DNA of 63,268 nt, filler included, from Octopus bimaculoides (taxonomy: Eukaryota), in NCBI RefSeq assembly GCF_001194135.2. It is 5 parts of 4 records of this genome, joined end to end, with 100 filler letters (N's around TTAATTAATTAA, not from the genome) between each part and the next. Parts side by side here need not be neighbours in the genome. Positions count along the whole stretch, not along the records: positions 1 to 27,583 come from NC_068990.1; 4 more parts are not named here. One strand, given 5' to 3'. Below the pieces are notes generated by a model, which was not told where the DNA came from, made no database searches, and worked only from the letters and a program-made list of their open reading frames with translations. Positions within the stretch are counted from its first letter, which is position 1. The number at the start of each line of letters is the position of its first letter. A program made the translations under genes and the position numbers. Shown here piece by piece: positions 1 through 14,756 of this stretch.

Positions 1-36
1 TATATATATATATATATATATATGCATATATGTATG

Positions 37-70
<34 letters not shown>

Positions 71-764
71 TGTATGTAGATATGTATAAGTCCATGCCCC
101 TGCGACTACTATGTGTAGTGGAAACAAAACACCGAAGTAGAGACGAGAAAATATTGAGTAAAACACAACATAAGAAAGTCACTTAACTCTTGAGGCTACC
201 TGACACATGTTTGACCTGATTTATTTATCTAGTTTCTTCTATAGTGTGAAGAATCAAAAACTCAAATACGTCTTGTGTATTGTATTTTAGATTCGTTTCT
301 TGCATATAAGAGGCGATTGCTGTAAATCGAGATAAGTGGTTTATATAACAAAGGCAATATCTATAGAATGATACCAACTGTGGAGTGATTCAGTCGTTGA
401 AAGGCCAAATGTCAAAGCTTTACAATCGTAACAGTATTTAACGACATAAAAGAAATTACATTCAGAGATTGAAGAACTGTAGCGTGACACGAAGTGTAAA
501 GGCCACTAGACAGACAAACCACTCTAACCCCCTCAGAAATATCATCTGTCTCAGTCAGTATTGATCACAACAAAACTCCATAATGTGCCATTCAGAAACA
601 CATACAAGAAAAATAAATAATAGAGGCGATAGTATCAATATCGGAAGGTATCAAGCAAACAAATCAATGCAGAATGAAAATGAAAAAGACATTCTACGAT
701 ACTTTGTTTATTTATTTATTTCGCAAATAAAATTCCAAAATAAAGAATTCTTTTATTCTTTTCT

Positions 765-1000
765 TCGTTTCAGTTATTAGGCTGCGACCATGTTAAGGAT
801 CCAGCTTCCAGTCGATCAATTCGTGATGAGTATTTCTTTCTTTCTGGTTATCGATATTCTTTTGTCGAACTGTTTAATTGCACAGACTTATAAAAAATAC
901 ACCAAAAACAAGACTGATATTCAGACCTATGTAAACATAGCACACACATATACATCTGTATATATATATATACATACATATATATATATACATACATCCA

Positions 1001-1037
<37 letters not shown>

Positions 1038-1782
1038 NNNNNNNNNNNNNNNNNNNNNNNNNNNNNNNNNNNNNNNNNNNNNNNNNNNNNNNNNNNNNNN
1101 NNNNNNNNNNNNNNNNNNNNNNNNNNNNNNNNNNNNNNNNNNNNNNNNNNNNNNNNNNNNNNNNNNNNNNNNNNNNNNNNNNNNNNNNNNNNNNNNNNNN
1201 NNNNNNNNNNNNNNNNNNNNNNNNNNNNNNNNNNNNNNNNNNNNNNNNNNNNNNNNNNNNNNNNNNNNNNNNNNNNNNNNNNNNNNNNNNNNNNNNNNNN
1301 NNNNNNNNNNNNNNNNNNNNNNNNNNNNNNNNNNNNNNNNNNNNNNNNNNNNNNNNNNNNNNNNNNNNNNNNNNNNNNNNNNNNNNNNNNNNNNNNNNNN
1401 NNNNNNNNNNNNNNNNNNNNNNNNNNNNNNNNNNNNNNNNNNNNNNNNNNNNNNNNNNNNNNNNNNNNNNNNNNNNNNNNNNNNNNNNNNNNNNNNNNNN
1501 NNNNNNNNNNNNNNNNNNNATATATATATATATATATGTATATATATATGAAGAGAGATAGAGTGAAAGAGAGAGTGACAGAGTGAGGGTGAATATGTGT
1601 AAATATCTAACACGATACGCACAAACATCGCCTACTGACCAATTTGCATCTACCAAATTCTGCTCGTAAGTATTACTCCATTCCAGGCTATACAAAAATA
1701 AGTTTACACAGGGTCTAGAGTTGTGGGCATGAACCCAGAGTCACTTATGATTTGAATGTTTTAACAACATGACCTTGACTGC
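765..1782 (-). mobile_element. Degraded SINE family A copy with expanded central microsatellite/gap
   Basis: 765-940 resembles the reverse complement of the family-A tail; 1641-1782 resembles the reverse complement of its head (cf. 3200-3605). The middle is (TA)/(TC) repeats plus a 502-N gap. Confidence 0.55.
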
Positions 1783-2128
1783 CATTTGTAATGTTTTATT
1801 CCTGTTGAACTTGTTGGTGTTCGCCTATGAGTCAAAGGCATTCCAAATTTCGCCATTATCTCTTGTTAGGTGTATCTTTGACCTCATCTGTTGATCTGTT
1901 GACAGTTATTCATAACAGCTAGAACAGCGCGGCACCGTAAAACAGTGACAAGGTGGTTCAGTAGCGCTTTATTCCTTTGCGTATGTATGTATGTATGAGT
2001 GTACGTGTGTGTTTGTTTGTGTGTGTGTATGGATGCATGTATGCCTGCCTGCCTGCATGCATGTATGTATGTATGTATGTATGTATGTATGTATGTATGA
2101 ATGTATGTATGATATATGTGTGAGCGTG

Positions 2129-2160
<32 letters not shown>

Positions 2161-3199
2161 AAAGCATGCATGCATGTATACATGTATAATTACATACTTA
2201 TATCCATATGAAGATATCTTTCAATCAATATATCTGTCAGTCTGGTTGTGTCAGTCTGTCTGTGTGTGTNNNNNNNNNNNNNNNNNNNNNNNNNNNNNNN
2301 NNNNNNNNNNNNNNNNNNNNNNNNNNNNNNNNNNNNNNNNNNNNNNNNNNNNNNNNNNNNNNNNNNNNNNNNNNNNNNNNNNNNNNNNNNNNNNNNNNNN
2401 NNNNNNNNNNNNNNNNNNNNNNNNNNNNNNNNNNNNNNNNNNNNNNNNNNNNNNNNNNNNNNNNNNNNNNNNNNNNNNNNNNNNNNNNNNNNNNNNNNNN
2501 NNNNNNNNNNNNNNNNNNNNNNNNNNNNNNNNNNNNNNNNNNNNNNNNNNNNNNNNNNNNNNNNNNNNNNNNNNNNNNNNNNNNNNNNNNNNNNNNNNNN
2601 NNNNNNNNNNNNNNNNNNNNNNNNNNNNNNNNNNNNNNNNNNNNNNNNNNNNNNNNNNNNNNNNNNNNNNNNNNNNNNNNNNNNNNNNNNNNNNNNNNNN
2701 NNNNNNNNNNNNNNNNNNNNNNNNNNNNNNNNNNNATATACATACATGCATATATATATATGTATGAATATGTGTGTATAATGGTATAGTGAAAATGTCT
2801 GCTTTTTTAAAGTTGCGTAGAAATTTCGAAAGTGTTCGTGGTGACCAACCTCTTTATTTATTCAATATTGTTAATTTCCTGATGGAAAGCGGAATTGAAA
2901 ACACCATTAGATAGCTTATATAGATTCACTGTCACATCACTGATTGTTTGTCTTTTCTTTATTATCCTCTTCTGTTACTGTTCTCCGTATTCTCTACTTT
3001 ATCTTGTTCGAGTCTAATTAGTCATCATCTTCACCCCCTACTCTTCTTCATCCTGTCTTGTCATCTCTACTTCTTTCCACCGTTTTTCTTCTTTTTACAT
3101 CTTGAAAAATTCTGTCATCCACGTTCGCGTTCATCACCTACCCCTCTTTATTTTAGCATACTTTCGGTTTTACGCAGTCCTCTTCAACATTTCAATATT

Positions 3200-3605
3200 G
3201 GCGCAGGAGTGGCTGTGTGGTAAGTAGCTTGCTTACCAACCACATGGTTCTGGGTTCAGTCCCACTGCGTGGCACCTTGGGCAAGTGTCTTCTACTATAG
3301 CCTCGGGGCGACCAAAGCCTTGCGAGCGGATTTGGGAGATGGAAACTGAAAGAAGCCCGTCTTATATATGTATATATATATATATGTATGTGTGTGTATA
3401 TGTTTGTGTGTCTGTGTTTGTCCCCCCAACTACGCTAGACAACCGCTGCTGGTGTGTTTACGTCCCCGTAACTTAACGGTTCGGCAAAAAGACCGATAGA
3501 ATAAGTACTAGGCTTACAAAGAATAAGTCCTGGAGTCGATTTGCTCGACTAAAGGCGGTGCCCCAGCATGGCCGCAGTCAAAGGACTGTAACAAGTAAAA
3601 GAGTA
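3200..3605 (+). mobile_element. tRNA-derived SINE family A, full length
   Basis: Head GGCGCAGGAGTGGCTGTGTGGTAAG with B-box-like GGGTTCAGTCCC, central (TA)/(TG) tract, tail GACTGTAACAAGTAAAAGAGTA; homologous copies at 35059, 42085, 45124 and 62406. Confidence 0.9.
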
Positions 3606-3714
3606 TTTCCTTTAATATTTCCCCACTTTCTGTCCTCGTTCCACCTCTTTCTCTTTCTTCAACTTCACAGCATCCACCTATCCTCCTCTTCCCCGACCAA
3701 ACCTTTTTCCTCGA

Positions 3715-3774
3715 CATCATCTTCATAATCATCATCATTATCGTCATCACCACCACCAACTCCTTCATCATCAT

Positions 3775-3810
<36 letters not shown>

Positions 3811-3892
3811 GTCGTCGTCGTCATCATCATCATCATCATCATCATCGTCATCATCACCACCATCGTTATCATCATCGTCGTCGTCATCATCG

Positions 3893-3945
<53 letters not shown>

Positions 3946-3990
3946 GTCATCGTCGTCGTCGTCACGGTCGTCGTCGTTGTCGTCGTCAGC
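3715..3990. repeat. (CAT)n/(CGT)n trinucleotide array
   Basis: Directly visible; source of the poly-D/poly-M pseudo-ORFs. Confidence 0.95.
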
Positions 3991-4687
3991 CGTGTTATGT
4001 TCACTACCGCAACGAACATCTGATTTCCCATCTTTCAAATTTGTGTTATATATTTTTATGTCTAATTTACTCCGAGCATTTCATTGTGTCCTTAATTGTA
4101 TTCACTTGTAATTGTCTTCATTTCTCGCACCTAATTAATCATCATTAAAAACATCATCGCAATATTGATCGTCATTATGATGTTTAGGATGATGTAGAAT
4201 ATAATGATCATCATCATCATCACCACCAATGTTATTTTGTCATTACTTTCAGCGTCTTGGTCGCTATCATCATCATCATCATCACCACCACCANNNNNNN
4301 NNNNNNNNNNNNNNNNNNNNNNNNNNNNNNNNNNNNNNNNNNNNNNNNNNNNNNNNNNNNNNNNNNNNNNNNNNNNNNNNNNNNNNNNNNNNNNNNNNNN
4401 NNNNNNNNNNNNNNNNNNNNNNNNNNNNNNNNNNNNNNNNNNNNNNNNNNNNNNNNNNNNNNNNNNNNNNNNNNNNNNNNNNNNNNNNNNNNNNNNNNNN
4501 NNNNNNNNNNNNNNNNNNNNNNNNNNNNNNNNNNNNNNNNNNNNNNNNNNNNNNNACAAAAATTGTTTAACTTCTCAATTAATATTTTAAACTGGAATTC
4601 AATTTCGAAATGGGAAAACGAGGTTCGTTAGTTCCAGATTAAAATATAATCCTTAGGAAGATTTATTCTTCCTAAAACTAAGATGAT

Positions 4688-5092
4688 AATATTCATCACC
4701 TCCTAAAAAAGGGCGTTCTATTAGAACAAACTATACTGCGAGAGATACCATGAGAGAAACTCTCGTATTGGCTTTTGGTGCAAAATGCACGCTTGTTTAT
4801 ATCATTAGCATCTCCAGCGTCGAGACCACCAGGTCACGTGATTTCGACCTTCCTTGTTCTTCTGAATGATTAACACTCGACCGTTAGAGATAGCAGTGGC
4901 TCATCTCCGCGTCAGTCATATATAGAAAAAACAGTGCCAGAACAGACGTTGGCGGGGGATTTATATCCTCGCTAGCAACATAAACAAGAGTGCATTTTGC
5001 ACCAAAAGCCATTATGAGAGGTTCTCTCATGATATCTACCACAGAATAGTTTGTTCTGACAGAAGGCCTAGTTTTAAGTAGGAATGAATATT
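4688..5092. mobile_element. Foldback MITE with ~120-bp inverted arms
   Basis: 4688-4809 (AATATTCATC...GCTTGTTTATATCATTAGC) is an imperfect reverse complement of 4971-5092; the core is homologous, inverted, to 47745-47890. Confidence 0.85.
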
Positions 5093-6593
5093 ACCACTCG
5101 ATATTAATACTCCCCCTGTCGCTAATATTTATTGATAAAGACAATATTAAAAAAATAATGAATGAGTGCCACGATATTTTAATCTGTATGTTCTCTTTCG
5201 ACTGGATGGTTTCTTTAGTCCCAAGTTAATAGAGTCTATAGCGAACTGATAGTATACTCGCATTGCAGGAGTAAATTTCTAAAATTTGTGAGGTATAAAT
5301 CGAATTCAGTATATCGCCACTTCAGCTTTTAACAGTAATATACAGTACTAAAATCTCGAGTAGAAGTCCTCTTATATAGAGGCATGGTGTATAAATGCAT
5401 ACACATATATCGTACAGTTAAAAATCGTCCGGCACCGGAACTGCAAGATCCCGTGATTTTAGCGGACTGTTATTCTTCAATGGAAAGCATTTGGTCACTA
5501 TATTCAAGCAAAATTTCATTGCCAAAGATGTATAGAGTAACAATGGCTTTTCAGTCACTGAGATCGGAAATAACTGTTAGACTATTATGTTACTTTTATA
5601 CACCATGCATTTGTATGAGAGGTCTTCTGAAGGTTGAATACTTCAGTATTCAGGGTTCGAGAAAAACATTCACGTTAGTGTGGATATAAAAAGTGCCTTT
5701 TGGTATAAATACTGCTTCTCTTGTAATAATTATTTTTTTATAGGTCTGATGGCTATTTGCGACATCAGTTACTGAAAAGACACTGTTAGTCTATATATCT
5801 TTGGTATGTTATTATTTGTAAAGGCAAGAACTTTTTTTGATTTTTCACCTTTAAAATATCATTGGTATTTTTATTCCAGTTCAGGGAAAGTAAAATCTGA
5901 AGTTACTCTGAGTGTTTTAATGTACAAAGTGCTAACAGATAATAAATATGATACAAGACGTATACTCTACGCCACTCTAGAGTCGCCACTTCCAAAGTTC
6001 TGACCATCAGAAATGATATAGAGATAAAAATAATACCATTTGAATGACTTCTACGAGAAAACAGGAAAGAAATAAAACATATATTTGCATATATATTTCT
6101 TTACATGAAATTGACACCATACTCATCAAGTTTATAGCGGTGAAGTCTATCGCATCTTATAAAATAAAGCAGAGAATAATAAAACATTGTTCCTGAATTC
6201 AACAGGAATTTTAATTCTCTGGTTTGTAATTCCATTCATCCATTTTCTTTCATTCCATTTGGAATAAGATTATGTCTTCTTTCCTATTTCCTTGATAATC
6301 ATCAACGAAGGAGATTTCATATACTATCTTTTGGCTTTCACTCACTTTCTTTGGCCCACTTAATTGCTTCAAACTTACATTTCATAACATATAGAGACAC
6401 AAACTGAGGTTAAAGGAAATAACCACACGCCTGATGTAGATCTCGGGAATGCAGTGAAAAAGAATGTGCTTCTCACCTGAAAAGAAAAGGAAAAAATAAT
6501 TTATCGCTTATTCCATTTTCTTATATTTACAGTTACTACTGCTGTAATGCAAGTAGATCCACTGCCATATACATACATACATACATACATACA

Positions 6594-6626
<33 letters not shown>

Positions 6627-9600
6627 GTATAACATCCTCTCACATTTACTCGCTCAATAATACATGGATATAATTTTATTTGTGGTTCTAGCTACTCTAT
6701 AAAACCTATACAACATAAGGTATAACACATTTGTACACGGTCAATCAAATGTACTTATTTTACGAACGAAATAAAAATTTCTTACATTGTCATAATGTTA
6801 AACTTTGTAGCGAATAAAGACAATTGATTTAACGTAGCGCCATAGATTACTGGTATATATTTTATAAATTGTAGATAAACGAGAATTAAGATCCGGTAGA
6901 GTATTAAGTAATTACCGCGGTATATTTATTGACCATTCACCGCATAAATTGTACACAATTACTACAATTAACTAATTGATTGGCTCTTCTATAATTTATT
7001 TAAATACGTAAATGCATAAATTTCGAAATGGTAAATGGTCTAATGGTTGGTGGCATCAGTTGAGCTGAGAAACCTTGGGTTCCATTATTTCTAATGATTC
7101 CAAATAAAAAGCTCATTAATGGTTTGCAATAATTATTCTTTGGTCAAGCAAGGAATTCATAGCAATGAGTCTTTAACGGAAGCGCCTCTACGTGGTCAGT
7201 GGACAGGATAAAAATAGCTGCTGAATCTCTATCGAGTACATTTTTCTTTATAAAGGGAGGATTTGGTTGAGAAAAGAAGAGATCTTTGAAGTTATAAAGC
7301 ATTTTATCTCGATCAGGCCACACGTGGGAGTAAACAACACTAACGACAACATCAGCAGCGAGAGTAACACCAAGAAGAACTTTTGAATATAATTAAGCTA
7401 AAGAGAAGAATGGGACTTTGGAATTTTGGGGCAAATATTTTTGAAGCCTTTACTTGTAATAGAGCAGAGACCTATCTTTTTCGTCATTGAATTATCGCCA
7501 TGCTAACGGAGGTTCAATAGCTTTCAATAAGTGAACATGAAATAGCATATAATGAATTATACAACCAGGACAGCTAACATACATGATAGCATATTTAATT
7601 TATGCATTTCAAAAGATCAAAGAATTCTTAAATAGTAAATGATTGAAAAATATTTGTTTATTTTTTTAATATTATGTTCTTATCTAGAGTCAAAAGCAAT
7701 GCTAATGACATTTAGAGGTCTTCGAGACCCGTGAGCTTGTCATTAATACGTTCCGTTTAATCTTTTGCAGAGCAGCAGGAAAGTTATGAGTAGGCAGAAG
7801 ATACCGTTTTCACCTGTTTACTCATTCCCATATTTATAGAAAAATAATTGCAAAGTATTATGCGAAATACCTTGCTGGGCAAAATCCTTTTCAGGCATTA
7901 TTAAACCTCATCCCACCAGAAACTATCACATTCTATTAGCTGTATTTGTTGAGGACTACCTTCTCCTGAAAATGCTATCATGTAGAACAAAATCACACAT
8001 TAGCTGTATGATTATCTAGAAGATTATGGTGAACAATTTAAAAAATATATTGAGATAAAAAAAATCATGAACGAAATAGATACACATAAAGTCATTAAGC
8101 TCATATATATCTCAATATGTAAGTGTATATAAATACACATGTAGATAGATATGTATGTATATAGACACGCGGATCGCAGATTAGGCTTTAAATTTATGAA
8201 CATTAGCAAAAATATACTGTAAAACTGATCATAGAGTAATATTAGTACTTTTCTCGAGGAATAAATGTTTATTTTGAAAGTACAGGTCATATTGTTATTT
8301 CTTATCATTATAGGTTAGGTAACAACGATTACGTTTATCACTTAGTCTACCTCAACATATACATCAAAACATAGGAACACATACAGATACACGCACAGGT
8401 ATATACTTAGATATCAATAGCCACGCAGCTAAATAAGTATATTCGTGTACATGCATATGTGCGTGCAGGCGAATGTGAGTATGTATGTATCCAAGCCATT
8501 GAGTCAATAGACTAATATCAGGAATCAGAAAAAAATGATGGTGTTGTGTATTACCAGCATTTAACCCTTCGTAGAATTCTAGAAGAGTTTGATGAGTTGA
8601 CGTGTTTGAGAGGAGAGACAAATTTAAAATTTCGGTCCCTTACTATTGTGTGAATAACGAAATAGGTGTTTCTTGTGAATAACACCAAAGTCAACGTTGA
8701 CTTACAACTTTTCATGGTCAATGAAAACTTAAAAATCGATTAGTATCACCCAACATTGTGTGACTTTTCCTCATTTTTGTCGAACAGAGAATGAAGAGAT
8801 AGAATGTAGATTAGGATGGAGATGAACAAGAATGAAACGAAACATAACTAAATATATGAAGGTTTTGAAATAAGCACAGTTCCGTTTCACCCAGAACAGT
8901 GATTCCCTTTACAGATATTAACATTATATTTTATATCCTGAATTCACATTTCGGTGAAGATGACTAAATTACTAATTTAGCTTCTTTATACATATACGTT
9001 ATAGACACAAAATCAGTCAGCCCTTTTTTACTAATGCATTCAAATACATTTAAAGTTTGTTTTCAAAATCGCTATACTTTTTATCTTGTATTTTAATTTT
9101 GAAGCTCTCATTTGTTTTATAATAGAACTAAAAATCTAACAAATCACCAATGATTTTTTATTAACATTTTCCTCAAGTAAGCAGGTTTTGTTTTGTGCAC
9201 TAAAGACACAGCAGGTCGGCTGTGAAAAGCTTTTCAATCAAAAAGCTTCTCAGCATTTTGAAGCCAACAAGGAAATCAATAACTATGCAAGTGAAACCTT
9301 GCAGCAAAGCAGTTCTCTTTTATTTTGCTTCTGTCTTTAATTATTTTTTTTGTTGCATAAAAGATGTAAAAAAAAAAAAAGACATATTATCTCCTTCACG
9401 TTTTCGTATTATTTTAGTTATTTGTGTATATTTGTATTTTAATTCATATGTTTTGATTACCAGTTTATATCACAGGCAAGAAGTAAACAGCTTAAAAGAG
9501 GAAATTGTTTGAAAATACTGAACAAAATATAAATAGATAATAGATAAATAATAGGGATAAATAACTTAACATATAACACGAAAACTCGTTGTATATTTTC

Positions 9601-9982
9601 TCATAATCTTTTTCCCCAGCATTTTAGAAACAAAGCAGGTAATGTCCCTTCTATTTTTGGTCTTTATTACCTTTCAGGTTTACAGTCAATTCTAACCAAT
9701 GTTTAAAACAAGTATATATAATGATATCTAAACAACACGTGATTTAAGAATGATGGCGATTTCCATCAATTCCATTTAAACATAACAGCCAGACGTTGAT
9801 TATTTTTGGCATTCGTAGAAAAGACAAAAGGAAAAGTTGCTTAAGAGTTATTTTGAATAATGGATTTGATATCTTTGGCAAGTCATTAACGAAAACGATG
9901 GCTGTGGTTTGGTGGAAGTTAAGTTTAGCTGGGCTGGATAATTGTTCATCAGTCAAGAAAATATGACTCCTAGAAGATATGC

Positions 9983-10046
<64 letters not shown>

Positions 10047-10081
10047 GTTAGTTGCGCACGCACGCACACACACACACACAC

Positions 10082-10114
<33 letters not shown>

Positions 10115-10164
10115 TGTATGCATGTATGTATGTATGTATGTATGTATGTATGTATGTATGTATG
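9983..10164. repeat. Compound microsatellite (TCTA)n-(CA)n-(TATG)n
   Basis: Directly visible. Confidence 0.95.
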
Positions 10165-10609
10165 AAAATATGTATGTGTTTGTTTCTGTGTGTGTGTACT
10201 TATATATGTATATATGAATGTATATATGAATGTATATATGAATACAAAGTGAAATTAAAGTGTATGCAACAGGTTTCTGCTCAGCAAATGGATGAGAAAA
10301 TATTCTAGACATTCCAAACATAAGACAAATACCTAGCTGTTCATACACAAACGCTCACGCACGCACGCACGCACGCACGGACGCATACACACACGCCCGC
10401 GCGTTCAGACACATATATTTGTAGATGAAGATATATATAAGAATATGAGAGAATAGTAAGAAAAGTACTCTGTAAAAATAGTTTTCAGGTTCGATGGAAG
10501 AGTGCAGCAATTTGAGCAAGAATTATAATCTATAACCTCGGTTGAACTCACACATTCTAACATTTGGGAAGAAGGAAACTATTCAGAAGCCCGTCGGAAA
10601 GTTTTCACC

Positions 10610-10760
10610 CATAATTCAAAGGTCCAGCCTTGTTTAAACCAGTGTGTCTTGCTGATTCTAATTGATAATTATATTAAGCTTAAACTCGTCTGTGATATAA
10701 TCAACCACTAATAAGTTGATAAAATGAAGACGTAATTCAGTCGATTAGTCAACTTCCGCA
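10610..10760 (+). mobile_element. Highly degraded SINE family C 3' portion
   Basis: ATAATTCAAAGGTCCAGCCTTG...CTCGTCTGTG matches the reverse complement of 44155-44398. Confidence 0.45.
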
Positions 10761-11701
10761 TACTTTGGCATTAAACTTTACACGAGTCATGGGTAAGCGG
10801 CGGATCTTTCTGAGGTGCCGTTCTTAATGAGGGTAATAGATTTCATGAAAACTTTTTAATGGTGCAGCCCATCTGACGCTGAGCCTTGTCTCAAGTGGTC
10901 CGCTTCTCATGTAAGATAGTCGTCCATGCCTGCGCCGTTTTCATTTTTCATGTCTGCTACTGCCTACAAGAAATTAGAAGTATTAATATTTTACGTTTTA
11001 TGTATTCTCAGTGCGCGCGCCTAATCAGTCATCAACATACTCACAAAGCCGAAATCCAATCTCAGCTTCAACTTCAACCCGAAGATGATCAGATGGTCTT
11101 GTCGCTTCGACAGACAAGCATCATGTGCATGTATGTATGTATGTATGTATGTATGTATGTATGTATGTATGTATGTATGTGTGTATGCATATATATATAA
11201 GTGTACAGAATTTCATACGCACAATCACAAAAGGGTCACTAACAGTATCATACTTTACGATACATTTAATTGGCATTTAATTGTCTAGTATCGCCAAGCG
11301 ATCTTTCAAGCTCAGTTCATAACGTTAGGTTTATTTAAAAGTCAGGACACTGGATTATGAAAAAAATATGAGAAAAAAAAATAAGAAGAAAAAATTACAG
11401 AAGAAAACTCGAAAAATATTGATACGTATATCTATATATATACGCATAAACACACACATACATACACACACATACGCACGCACACACACACACATGTATG
11501 TGTAGGTGTATGTTTTAAGAGACAAATGGCAAGGGATGTGTGTGAGTGTGATAGAGCAGAGGAAAAGAGTGGGAGAGCAGGACCCATACTACATATCTCC
11601 CTTCTTCAATATAGCTTTTTTTTTTATAATTAAAATCTGTTCAAATAGTAAATTCTTACATCAATACACAAATGTTAGTGTTTGCATTAATTATTAAGTA
11701 T

Positions 11702-11757
<56 letters not shown>

Positions 11758-12516
11758 GTGTGTGTATGGTATGTGTGTGTGTGTGTCCATGTATATGTAT
11801 ATGTTTATGAGTGATGTCAATGAGTATAAATTAAGTAGGTGGAGAATTAACCGGATGTTAATCTGTTGAGTATTTTCCGAGCATCGGTTTGTTACACTAC
11901 ATTATAATTAAACCTCTCAGTGTGATACTGTAAACAAAACAAATCAAATCAAAAATACATACAAATAACACAACTGATTTAATACAATTAATCAGTAATA
12001 AATCACTGTTGTGATTGCTAATTTAATTAAAATTAATGAGTAATACATCAGTTTATTGATTGTTATCGCACGAACACAGGATACGGATAACGGAAATTAA
12101 ATAACTATTATTTATTGCAAATTTCATCGAATACATGTAGTTTTATCTGCTTATTAAAGCTACTTTCATTTTCATGTACGGTCCTATAGAATTTGTGGAG
12201 GTATAACAGTTGGAAGATACAACATTTCACTCACCTTCCGTTTTCCAACTATCCTCACTACCACCGTGAAACTTTTTCGAATTCTAGAATTCAAAATAAT
12301 TCAAAATTGTTTATCATTTATGGAAACATTTTGAACACAAGAGTATCATTAAGTATGTGTTGTGAACATTTAGGAGCCAAATACTTATTTTTTATCTACT
12401 TAAGATTTTTCTGCAATTTTTAACAGTTATGCATTCCAAATAGTTCAAAGTAACATTCCTTTTTAAAAGTTTTGACAAAATTCCTATAAGAAAGATAGAA
12501 TGAGTCATAAAAACAA

Positions 12517-12731
12517 TATGTGGGGATGCCGAAAAATTCCTGACTTTGTATAAAAGAAAATACAAGTGGATCAATTAATTATTATTTTATTCAACATATT
12601 TCACTTTCACACACTTATTGGAGCGGTCCTTCAGTTTTTCTAAGTCTTGTAAAAGAAATCGGAAGGTTGGCCCTCCAACTAGATCTTTCGCGATACCCTT
12701 AAAGCTAGGAAATTTTCAGCACCCCCTCGTA
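12517..12731. mobile_element. Tc1/mariner-type MITE (~215 bp)
   Basis: 31-bp imperfect TIRs TATGTGGGGATGCCGAAAAATTCCTGACTTT / AAAGCTAGGAAATTTTCAGCACCCCCTCGTA; TA at both ends. Confidence 0.85.
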
Positions 12732-13130
12732 TGCATAACTCAAAAGAGACACAAAATTTGCTTCAATAAGGTAGCAGATGCTCGCACGTTTGCTGACCAC
12801 AACTGAGAGGCTAAAACAGCCCTAAATTCGGACATGGTTTTCATCATTCATAGGTATTGTTCTGACTGTCATATGACCTCGCTACTGGAATAAAAGCTTT
12901 GACGTGATCTTCGTGCGCCGCAGTCACATTGCCATCCTCAACCAACGTATGTTAACGAATAACGATCTAAGCAACGTTTTCTGTATAAAAACAAAGTATT
13001 CATAGAAGAATGGGCAGAAAAGATACAGTTTGCAATACAGCTCCATGTGCTTCATAACGTGCACTGTTGAAAAGTTGAAAATAAATGAATGTGAACTGGC
13101 TGAGTATATATATATATATATATACATACA

Positions 13131-13164
<34 letters not shown>

Positions 13165-14352
13165 CATATATATNNNNNNNNNNNNNNNNNNNNNNNNNNN
13201 NNNNNNNNNNNNNNNNNNNNNNNNNNTATATATATATATATATATATGTTAAAACTTAAATAAATCTTTGTGTACATTTTTGCTTCTTTGTTTCTTCTAC
13301 ACTACAACTTGTTTGGATCAGTATATGTGTGTATGTGTGTGTGTGTGTTCACGCGTGTGTGTCTGTAAACACTCACGTTCCTTCACACACACACGTATAT
13401 AGTACTATATTACCAGACATCTACATGACGTCTCACTGTTACCTATAACAATTTACAATGTTATCCACAGAACTTTAGCTTCGGGATTTTTTCTTTACAC
13501 CGTATTTATGCACACGCAACCTGAACACCTGGCGATTGAGTTTGAGAAATTTTGCAATGAGAAGAAGACAACATAAGCAGGTTCCACAAATTTCACAGTA
13601 TTCAGCAGCTACACAAATACACAACTAAAGTTATCACAATTTTATCTGTGTTTACCCCAGAATCTCCGATGATGATATATCTGGTTCACAGAAGGGAAAA
13701 GCATGTTTTTCTGCAAACATATTCCTTAGATTCTCTGCAAAGAATTTTTGGGGCGGTGCAGTAAAGAATTTCTGGGACGATGCAGTCACTATAAAACTTG
13801 ACTGCATCGAAATTTATTTCGTTTGGAAATATATGGCACCAGTTACTAACATATAAGCCCACACGTGTTTTGTTTCCTCGAGATATCTTCACCTTTATAC
13901 TACTACATCGTAGTCATTTCTGATGTAGGAAAGTATGTTCCTTTGGCCTCCTCCTCAATTAAGATAACTTTGGCCACTCTCCTCTTTTCATCTAGTCTAA
14001 TAGACAGGTCGAGTGGTCATTGTAATCCATCCTGTCAAGGAACCTGATGCTTCCTTCCTTTCTAGTTCATATTTCCTGCGCACATATCAAACTCTAATGT
14101 TTGAAGTAGAATATCGTACTGATAATGTATGAGAAGTTCTACATTATGTGCCAATTGTTTCACTCACTGGATTTGGAGACTATTTCAGGTCTAGGTTAGC
14201 GTAGATCTGAAGAGAAACTGGAAATTATTTGGTGTCGACATTATATCCTATTTTTTTTATATCATCGAGAAAAAAAATGAATCAAATCGACATCAAAATA
14301 CTAAGCAGTAACACAAAAGTAAGCACCCGCCTTAAAATTTAGTGAAGATACG

Positions 14353-14756
<404 letters not shown>

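Noticed and set aside
3514-4038. 174-aa poly-Asp ORF and overlapping poly-Met/Thr ORFs
   Set aside because: Translation of a (GAT/GAC)n microsatellite running into a SINE.
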